DNA from: Antedon mediterranea
Taxonomy: Eukaryota > Animalia > Echinodermata
Reading direction: 5' to 3'
NCBI RefSeq assembly: GCF_964355755.1
Contig: NC_092677.1
Coordinates: 6,346,101-6,410,100 of the forward strand
DNA length: 64,000 nt
Shown: positions 1-9,670 of the stretch, piece after piece
Numbering within the stretch: position 1 is the first letter of the stretch
How the letters are laid out: each line of letters opens with the position of its first letter
The notes under the pieces: generated by a model
What the model was told of the DNA's origin: nothing
Seen by the model: the letters and a program-made list of their open reading frames with translations, nothing else
Databases searched by the model: none
Program-made: the position numbers and the translations under genes

Positions 1-21
1 AAAATTACAAGTGGTTCCAAA

Positions 22-237
22 TTGACGTATTTTGGACAAATCGCGTATTTTGGAAAATGACTAGCGCCCTCAACTTGACGTATTTTGGACAATTCGCGTA
101 TTTTGGAAAATGAATAGCGCCCCCAAGTCGACGTATTTTCGAAAGACTCGCGTATTTTGGATTAGTATAGCGCCCTCAACTTGACGTATTTTGGAAAAAA
201 TTCTGCGTATTTTGGACTGAATTTCACCAACCCTATT
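22..237. mobile_element. Terminal part of a foldback-type DNA transposon (53-bp subterminal tandem repeats); remainder lies left of the window
   Basis: About four 53-bp units start at 22, 75, 128 and 181 (TTGACGTATTTTGGA...AGCGCCCTCAAC). The array ends in TTTCACCAACCC (222-233), the exact reverse complement of GGGTTGGTGAAA that opens the element at 2705. Confidence 0.7.
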
Positions 238-674
238 GGAAATTAGGAAGTTTGAAGCGACCCCCGCCCCGTCCTTTTTGTTGTTGTAGATTGCTCGGAT
301 TTCTTCCCTGTTCAAGGTCCACTTTATTGATATTAATTACCCTTTTGACTCACGACAAAGGTCACAATCTCGCCGAAAATGGGTCATTGCACTCATGCAG
401 CTAGCAGATGGATCTTTTTTGTTTAGGAAGTGTATTTGTCTCAATTGTTATAAGCCCTACCCTATTACCAACACAAGATCAAATTCCATTCCAACAAATA
501 AAGTAAGGTCATGCAACTTACAGTAATGGAAATAACGCAAATAAAGAATATTAAACATTGTAAAGAAGTCATTGAAGCAAATGGATCATTAAAAGCAGTG
601 AATTATTTTGTTGAAATAAAAAACTGAAGCCATGGTACTTTATTTAATTGTTTTGCATTCTGTATATAATATAA

Positions 675-2074
675 CTAGCAATTATACCCGCCCCAGGGCG
701 GGTTTCAAAATTAGTTTACAGCCTTCTCAGTACATAACACCCGACGCCAGTATCTGTCTATACTCGCCAACCTCCACCCCTCTTCAATAACACCCCATAC
801 TCTTTCTTAAAAACAAATTCTTCCCAGTGATGGACAAATTCAATTCAACCTAAGCTTCGAATTGAGAGGAATATGCATAGCTACGATGGGTCTAATAATG
901 GTTGAAGTACGTTGTAAATTGTGTAAATGAATAGGTGTCATATTGGCTGATAATGAAAATATGTAATTTAGATACTGCGGTCCCCCAGCCTTCTTTCTCC
1001 TGTCACCACCCCAGCCACCATCAACAAACCTTAACTCTTCCCCTGGACAGTTCAAATTTAGTAACCTTTCCTAGTACAATCGCTAGTATTTTCGCTCCTC
1101 CTTCCCCTACAAACACACCCCAGATACACTGGGTGATGTGTTGAAAAGCCGGTTCCAGTACAAATTATGTTATTATCACTCCCAACCCATAATCCCTCAG
1201 TGGCAGTTTTCAAATGTAGTTTAAAACATTCCAAATACAGTTTCGGTCATGGTCATAGGCCTACATCCCCACCCCAAACTCCCATCCGCTTCCCAGGGAT
1301 GATTAAATACTTTAACATTTTCCAACCACAATTCTGGTGTAAGCAAAATCCCCACTATCCCCTGAACCCAAACCCTATCTCCCAACCCCACTCTCTCACA
1401 ATGGGCGTTTTTCCCTTGGAGGGAACACAGTAACAGTAAGCAACGTTTGTTCACACAGGAATGGATGTCTGTACTGAGACAATCCAAGAGACCGATACAT
1501 AGCTGGATATGGTTAAAGTACTTTGCTAAATGTGTAAATGAATAGGTGTCATATTGGTTAATGAATAAAATATGTAAATCTATATACGCCTTGCTGAGGA
1601 TAATTAAAATACTGTAAAACTTTTGTAGTATAATTTTACAATTCAATAGCCTACAACCCCGAGCCCTAGCAAAAAATGACATCACAAACCACCACACCAC
1701 CCCGCCCCACCCCTCCCGCCCCTCCCACAAAAACCCCAGGAGTCGGGGGAATTTTTTTAAATGTAGTTTAAAACCTTCCGGGTACAATTGCCATCATTTT
1801 GATACCCCATACGTATGGTTACGTGCAGAAACAGAAATTTTTATAACGAACAAACATCGAAAGTGGGGGGTTTGACCACATTTTGGTCCCTAACTTGCAT
1901 CCTAGGTGGCGGATGATGTTGAAATAAGCTTAGAACATTCCCGGTACAATTGCGGTCATTTTGATACCCCCATATGTAAGATTGTGTGCAGTAACAACAT
2001 TTTGTATAACGAACAAACAAACAAACAAACAAACAGACAGACAAACAGACAAACTCTCTCACTTATAATATAGA
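675..2074 (-). mobile_element. Non-autonomous Helitron (1.4 kb)
   Basis: On the minus strand it starts with TC (2074-2073) after an A and ends with CTAG (678-675) before a T, an A^T insertion with no TSD. A GC-rich hairpin ACCCGCCC-CA-GGGCGGGT (686-703) lies 7 nt from the 3' end. A (CAAA/CAGA)n microsatellite sits near the 5' end (about 2010-2052). Internal duplications: 921-970 vs 1531-1585 and 1775-1830 vs 1935-1992. Confidence 0.85.
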
Positions 2075-2255
2075 TATTGTAAGGGTTGCTCAGTTTCTGG
2101 GCAGCTACCTTGCAAATTAAACTAGATTATTATTTAATAGGCCTAGGCAGTAACTTAATCTTAATTCGCGTTGATATACAGGAAATAAAGCCGTGCAATC
2201 ATATTTAAATACTGTAAAACGAAAGATAAAACAATTAAATGTGGGTAATTGAGAT

Positions 2256-2410
2256 GAGCTGTAGCATGGTGGTTAACGTGATTGCTTCCAATCCCAAGGT
2301 ACAGGGTTCAATCCTGACCTGTGTGTGGGTGTGTGTGTGTCAGGGATGTAACACATGGCTATTCAACTCCCCTCCCTAAACCCGGTTATGAAACTTGATG
2401 ATGATGATTA
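2256..2410 (+). mobile_element. tRNA-derived SINE-like element
   Basis: A-box-like TAGCATGGTGG (2262-2272) and B-box GGTTCAATCC (2304-2313), then a GT-rich body and a (TGA)n tail. The cloverleaf is degenerate. Confidence 0.55.
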
Positions 2411-2700
2411 TCGTTACTCGCTGTTGGGTGCGTATGAAATAAAAAGAATGAAACATTCACATTACTTATTACAGCAGAACACTAATTATAAAAAAAGAAT
2501 GCTGGTCTAAATAAACAAATAATATCAAAGTAAAGAACCAACATCGGAACATCCCCCACCTCTTGTAGGCCTACATTCAAATGAATACACAAGGTATATT
2601 ATGCCTATATTGTACTTACTGTAGTAGATTGACTTGTGTCCGTGATGATCCCCCTTTATCTAACGAATGTACCTTAAACGAATACACCAGTACTGGAATA

Positions 2701-5700
2701 AATTGGGTTGGTGAAAACTGTCCATAATAGGTTACTTTTCTGTCCATAATAGGTTACTTTCTGTCCATAATAGGGACTAGAGGGCGCTGTTGTTTGTCCA
2801 TAATAGGTAACTTTTCTGTCCATAATAGGTTACTTTCTGTCCATAATAGGGACTAGAGGGCGCTGTTGTTTCTCCATAATAGGTTACTTTTCTGTCCATA
2901 ATAGGTTACTTTCTGTCCATAATAGGGACTAGAGGGCGCTGTTGTTTGTCCATAATAGGTAACTTTCATAATTGGCTGTCCAAAATAGGTGACTTTTTGT
3001 CCACAATAGGAGATTTTATTGGAGTAGTGCGCCATCCATTGTGTTGTCCATAATAGGTGATTTTGTTGGCGTACGTGTACGTTCGTAGTTTATTTCGCTA
3101 AAATACTGATTTGCTTTCTCTTCAGACTTCGAGGCGGCCTAGGCCTAGCTAGTATAGGAGGCCTAATTAGTATAATTATTTAAGTCTCTCGAGCCTCTAA
3201 GGGCCTAGGCTAGGCTTAGTCCTGTTAGTTAGACTACCTCAGGCCTACTACTACTAGCCTAGGCCTAGCTAGAGTCCATTTGTTATTGTCCACTAATGAA
3301 AATGTGAGCTTTTTTTTTCTAGGCCTAGCTTACAGCAGGGGGTACCTCCCTGCTACAGTAGGAATACAAATGACATGGGCTCCATATTAGGTAGATATGT
3401 TTCCTACTACAAACAACTAGGCCTATCCTCAGTTATCTATTTTTTTGTTTTTTTTTATTATTTTAATATGAATATTTTACAGACTAACATGCTATTTTAC
3501 TCGTAACTCTATATGCCTAACCATGGCCTAACTGCAGGTCAGGTCTGGCGGACTAGTCACTATACAGTCTTTTAGTTTTACTAATACCACTGCCACCACC
3601 GCTACTACTATACTTTGAAGACCGAAATCAGCTACTAGCCTAGTCTACTAGACCTATTGGTAGTTTGTCTTCAAATCACAGACATCTAGATTGATAGATT
3701 GACCTATTTTTGTTTTTTATTATTTTGTGAATGAATGAGTCTTATCCAGACAGTTCGGACAGTAAGTAGGTTGGCAGTATAGTAGAACCAGAGCTATTGT
3801 TAAGGTTATTATGTCATCTATTTAAATCTCAATTGTGTTCTCATATTTTCTGCATGTATTACAGATTGTGTACAGTGTATCTTCTGATCAATGTTATAGT
3901 ACAGTAGCATGGACATTTCTATTAACTAGGGTAAGTAACAGATAGTCCCAACCTACAATTGAAGAAAAATACTTTACATATAACCCACTAGACCTACATC
4001 TTTTAGGAGATTTTTCAATATGACCAAGATACTGTAAAATCCCAAGAAGAAGCCTATTTAGAAAAAGTATTTGTTTGCAAAAGTAATCTCGAAAAGAAGG
4101 ATACAATTTAGTCAAACATTTTCAGAGAGACAAACTGAATATTATCAGTACCGTAGTAGAAAAACTTACTGACAATACATGAAAATTAATTTTTAACATT
4201 CTGATTTGAAATTTTCTATTCATTTGAATTGCTAAGAAATTAAAAGTAGATATTTCTTTTTTATTTCTATTCATTATAAACATTACAATCACTGTACAAA
4301 GAATAGATAAATCCACTAACAAATTCATGCAGAAACTATATAAAATTAATCAAATGTTATATTAAAGCATTCATTCAATAAAGCCTTTATCTTTAAAACA
4401 TTTAATATCAGTTTTCATATAGTGAGTATTGGATCGTTATAGAACGATCGCTTGTATCACGCATGCGTAGAAAGGAAGAAACATTTGCATAATTAAAAAA
4501 TGCTTTAAGTTAGTTGCAGCAAGTCATACGATAGGCGAAAGGTCGTCACTAGAAGGGTGATAGACAGCCATAATGTACAGATTGAATAAATGCACAAAGC
4601 TTATAAAAGGCTTTATATACAATTAGCAGGAGTTGTTGTTTACTTACGTATTGAGTTTTCCTGACGCACAAAGTATGGTAATAATTGACTCTGACAACTG
4701 GTATAAACTTAAATTTAGTAAAACAATCCTACATATCTTTTTTTTAAATGCAATAAAATATTTAAACATAACTGTGTCCCACCATACAACATGAAAATTT
4801 GTCTCAGCATTAAAAAGATTGAAGTTACTTGCATTATACAAAACTTAAACATTATTATAGTACTTAAATATTTCCTTTTTTTATTATAGGCATACAGATG
4901 TTTGATATTCTGCTCATATACAGTATGCTGCTGAAATGGAAAAGTACATCACTTCAACATAATAACTTTGATGATATCATCAATCAATAATTATAGTAAT
5001 AAACATAATAATTATGGTGTATTTTATTTATCTTTGCTATTTTTTAAATTGTAGTTTAACCATGTTTTTACACTTTGAAAATTAATACAATTCAGTATTT
5101 TTTAATGTGATTTAGATTTTGAATAAACTGTTCTGAATACAGAACAAAGGTGTTGATTGTACACTGCGTGTATGTAAACTTGTCTATTTCTTATTATTAA
5201 ACATTAAAATTGATTCATTTAATTAAACAACAATATAATAAATGGATGAGAAGTGCTGCTGTTGATCCACTTCAGACTGGGATGATTTGTCATTGAGCAA
5301 TGTGGATCCAGGATTTTGAAATAGGGGAGGACCTAAAATGATGAAATGAAGTGCTGAACTGTGATGTCTTTTTCACTATTAAATTGATAAAGTTGATTTT
5401 TATTATTACTGTTAACAAAACAAAATAAAGTCCAAAGAAAAACAAAATACAACTATTACATTGAAACACCAATGCATTAAAAATAACAGTTTACATTTTC
5501 ATTATCTTAAAAAAATAAAACTTCTTCAATATTAGAGCATTATTATAATATGGGGTATTTTTTATTTTTGTAAAAGAACAGGTGGGTTGGGTGATTTATT
5601 TAAACTTGCAATAGTATGGTAAGTTGCGTAATGTCTGTCCGTACTAACATTCAAAACCTAAAATGAAGTTGAAATTAAATTATTTGTTGTTGAATAAATC

Positions 5701-6125
5701 TCACATTTCATTTAGTGGACAATAACAAATGGACTAGGCTATTAGTACTAGTAAGGCCTATAGAGGTAGCCTAACTAACAGGACTAGCCTAGGCCTAGGC
5801 TAGAGAGACAATAATAAATATAGTTATACTAATTAGGCCTCCTAGGTAGCCTCGAAGTCTGAACAGAAAACAAATTAGTACTCGCGAAATAAACTACGTA
5901 CGTACGAGGGATAAAATCACCTATTATGGACAACACAATGGATGGCGCACTACTCCAATAAAATCTCCTATTGTGGACAAAAAGTCACCTATTTTGGACA
6001 GCCAATTATGAAAGTTACCTATTATGGACAAACAACAGCGCCCTCTAGTCCCTATTATGGACAGAAAGTAACCTATTATGGACAGAAAAGTAACCTATTA
6101 TGGACAGATTTTACCAACCCCGCTC
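2701..6125. mobile_element. Non-autonomous foldback (Mutator-like) DNA transposon with long modular TIRs
   Basis: Left arm (about 2705-3308) is the reverse complement of the right arm (about 5700-6120); the identical ORFs 2853-3035(-) and 5942-6172(+) reflect this. The outer domain is made of TGTCCATAATAGG subrepeats. A 9-bp direct repeat ACTGGAATA lies at 2692-2700 and 6126-6134. No transposase ORF was seen inside. Confidence 0.85.
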
Positions 6126-7517
6126 ACTGGAATACAATACTCACGTTGCATATTATAATACAGTGTACGTGATGAAACACATCACCGAGTTCTGATCTGA
6201 TGTTCTAATCTCAAAAGAAGCTATTATATACCATAGAATGCATCTGCTTCGTCAACAATATAGTTAACATACTTACAAACAATAGTAGCATGTATTGTAT
6301 GTATGTATGTATGCATTGGCAGTTTGCCAACGAATGTTTGTACTAAACTTTTCGTAGGTTATGCAGAACATGAATTATTCATTAGTCATACTCCGCTACC
6401 TTATTGAATATGCATTAGGCGTGACGTAATAACTGATCTGACTACAATTTGCTAATACAAACGCTGAATATAATTAAGTACTGAATTAATCATTTATGAT
6501 TCCTGCATTGTTTAGTACGAGAACAAAATTCGCGGACGGGCACCTTCGAATTATTCGATTCATTGGGACTTTTTTGTAACCTTACAACAACACAACTAAA
6601 TGTGTTATTTTAAACCGTATTTTAATATGAGGTTCTCCAAGCTAAATAATAATAATATTTTTGAAGAATCAGTCGGCCTTCTGAAATAGAAATTGAACTC
6701 CAAATAACTAAAATGATATAGTGTAAACGAAATAATTTATTTAGTTTAATTATACTGCATTGATTGAAGATTGTTAACTAATCGATATTATATTATTCCC
6801 GCCTAGACTGTATGTTGTAGTTGTCGTATTTAGTAATGTACCTTTTGTATTTGTTAGGCTTCTATATGATCAATTGAAAGGAAAAACGGTAATGTTACCT
6901 TATTAGGTTTCCAAAAACGACAGCTCGATGAATTACTAAACTTTTAAGTCGTATTTTGTTTTAAAAAACGGAGGCATAAAGTCGTACCTTAATGACATTT
7001 ACACAGTAGGTTCAGAGTACTTTATATAGATAGCTTCTTTATGTTTTGTCAAGTATAGGTTCTAGACGGAGTTGTGACTTAATATTAGTAACAATAAGAT
7101 AACTATTTTGGCACATATGGTGTTTCATACGTATACTACTTGAGCTCGTCAGATAAAATCGAAACACCGACTGGTGAACAACACTTGGGCAAGTCTATGT
7201 TTCCATCGTGACTGAAATTTAAGGAGAAAATTATACTATTATGCAGTTTATCCACCAACCGAGTCAATTTTTTCCTCGAATGCAACCAAGTGTGACAATA
7301 CGCCGTTAGCGCATGTAGACAAAGGTACGTAACCTTTATAGCAGGGGCGCTTTATTATAGCATCAGTTTGAAAAAAAAAAAGTCAATGATAATCATAATA
7401 ATTATACGACAGAACCTTAGTTAATTTTAGCCCTAAGCTCGTAAAATTGATTGTAGTATGGAAAACTAGCTTCAATACAATGAATGACATCGTCTGTCTT
7501 ATCAGATCTCGATGGCG

Positions 7518-8028
7518 CTTTTTTAGGTTTAGGTTAGGTGGTACTACTTCATATCTGCCAACTTTTAATATTACCTCATCTGTCGTAAATTTATTAAGTA
7601 ATTGTTTATATGACGAGAAAACCTTCTCAGGGTTGCGTATCAAAAAAGCATGTTTGTAACCCTTCGGCAGCATGTGCAGTGTTTCTGCATTTATTGCGTA
7701 TGACATGTCCTTAACAAATGTCACTCTTTTATCCGGATATTCGTCCTCTAACCTATCATCTTTAACGAATCCGAACGTTAAGTTCTCCGATTCCCATGGA
7801 TTGTCGCAGTTGACTACAGTGCAAGATGACACCTTGTTTATACTTTCTCTCATTTCTATGATATCAGTCTGGTTTGTCTTGTTGAAAGTCAGGCCTCACG
7901 AGGTAAGCAGCTATATATGGCTCATTTATGACCTGCATATCGTCTAGCTTGCCCATACATACTTGAAAAGCAGTGGATACACAGCGCGGAACACACCAAA
8001 GGAATACGCATGCTTGTTTTTCTGCCAT
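7518..8028 (-). pseudogene. Sulfotransferase-like P-loop protein fragment (Sulfotransfer_5 / BCAT-like N-terminal domain family), frameshifted and 3'-truncated
   Basis: ATG at 8028 follows a T-rich AG acceptor (8038-8037). Frame 1 reads MAEKQACVFLWCVPRCVSTAFQVCM...INEPY and stops at 7864. The family motifs FVKDMSYAI and LPKGYKHAFLIRNPEKVFSSY continue in another frame (ORF 7383-7853). Similarity is lost after ...VVPPNLNLKK. Confidence 0.7.
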
Positions 8029-8167
8029 TTCACTATCTAAAAAAAAAAAGCGTTTAGGCATTAATTGATTTATATCAATTATTTGATTTTGAAGAAAATA
8101 AACATTTTCCTTTTTTCCCAATTAATGCGCCCTCTATTGCGCATATTTAAATGTGTAATATAGAGGG

Positions 8168-9670
8168 CGTCATAAATGTTCATTCTATAAGCTCATAATA
8201 CGTAGAATATTAATAATATTAATTATGATTTCTTTCAGTCTTTTGTACGCACAAATATAAAGTAATAATATAGTACCAAATAATAGTAAAAACTAATCAA
8301 GTTCATTTGGAATATAAATAGTACAAAAATAAATATACAATAAACATTTTTTTAAACATACTTTCTCTCAAATATATAATTATCTTTTAGTTAAACAAAC
8401 AAATAATACTTTTTCATTACTTTTTAAAATGTGCTGTTTGCTAAAAACCTTAAGTCATCTAGGATTTCATTACACAGCTTTGAACCAGAATACCTGATAA
8501 AATGTTGTCCTATATTTTTGTTCTATAATTTGGTATATACACATTTTCTCTTACAAGTCTGTGACCTTGTTGAATAATGAAAATTAATATACCGTACGAG
8601 AAATATTTAGGAGTTGTCTCCAGAAATTTACTATGTAAACTATCATGAACAAAGTAGTGCGAAATACTGATACTGCTGATAAATATTTAAAATTTAAAGT
8701 TCTTTAAATAATAATGGTTGGTGCTAATATGTCAGAATAAGTCAATGTACGTATAATACGTTTTTGTGTTAGATATACTGGTTTTAAATGAGTTAGGCCA
8801 TTGTTTATGTTTATCTTCGTCGGCTTAGAGTCGTTTTTTATTATGATTTTAGGACTAATATTAATAATGTTCAATGTGTAGAGACATTGAGTCCAATGTT
8901 CGGCTTGAACAATACCGGAAGTTAATGAATAAGAAACGTTTAGGTGGTAACAATGCACAATCACTTTTATAACCGTTTAACCCAAGCCAAAAGTGTTTCT
9001 TTAACCGCAAAACATAAACGGGTTCAGGGCTTTACTATAGAGCTGCTGTACTGTACTCCGTACATAAATGATAAAGTGATAGTCATGTTGAATTATGAAT
9101 ATTTAAGTTTAGTTTGTAAATTACCTTTACCTACCTGTGTATTAGCACCAACCAAAACCGTGTCGTCTGACCCAGGGCGTTGTTATCTATAACATTACCC
9201 CTGCAATTGTTGAAACCATCAACTGAGCAAAGTTCAAGTTAATGGTTCTATCATTTTAATACTTCAATATGTGTGTTCTTTATCGCAGCTATAGACCTAC
9301 TATGTTTTTTGTCTTTGCAGGTTTTGTAGGAATACTTCTTGTAAGCGTACCAATCGTGTCGACACAAGATATAGCAGATATTCCACCATGTGACAGGTAC
9401 GTGTTAAATCAAGAGACGTGATCGTGTCCAATTTTCTTCCGACACGTCCTGACGTACGCCTATATTTTATCCTAGTTTTAGCTTTAAAACTTGTAGAAAT
9501 AATAATTCTCAATGCCCCAAACTACTAACGAATATGACGTATGCACTTAGTATTAAAAAGGCTACTTACCAACACAACTCCAAACTAGTATGTCTATGTG
9601 TGTATGCTGATGTTGCGTTGCTCTGAATGTCTCTACGTATTATGAGCTTATAGAATGAACATTTATGACG
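8168..9670. repeat. Pair of perfect 39-bp inverted repeats (8168-8206 and 9632-9670)
   Basis: CGTCATAAATGTTCATTCTATAAGCTCATAATACGTAGA and its exact reverse complement. No clean TSD. Confidence 0.85.
8400..8800 (-). mobile_element. Decayed CR1/L2-group LINE ORF2 C-terminal fragment
   Basis: Minus-strand translations HLKPVYLTQKRIIRTLTYSDILAPT, PLLFKEL and GQHFIRYSGSKLCNEILDDLR resemble the post-RT region of CR1/L2/Crack elements. They are broken by frameshifts. Confidence 0.6.

Noticed and set aside
840-2062. Several ORFs up to 188 aa
   Set aside because: They lie inside the non-autonomous Helitron, have low-complexity composition and show no Rep or helicase motifs.
2256-2325. Functional tRNA gene
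   Set aside because: Acceptor and anticodon stems do not pair and no terminator follows; better explained as a SINE head. The same applies to 39292-39365 and 34110-34205.
2853-6172. Two identical short ORFs (MAHYSNKISYCGQK...) on opposite strands
   Set aside because: They are translations of the transposon TIR repeats, not genes.
8036-9396. Inversion between the 39-bp repeats creating a trehalase-signal/sulfotransferase fusion protein
   Set aside because: Splicing exon 1 (ending AG) to the 8036 acceptor gives AGA TAG, an immediate stop.
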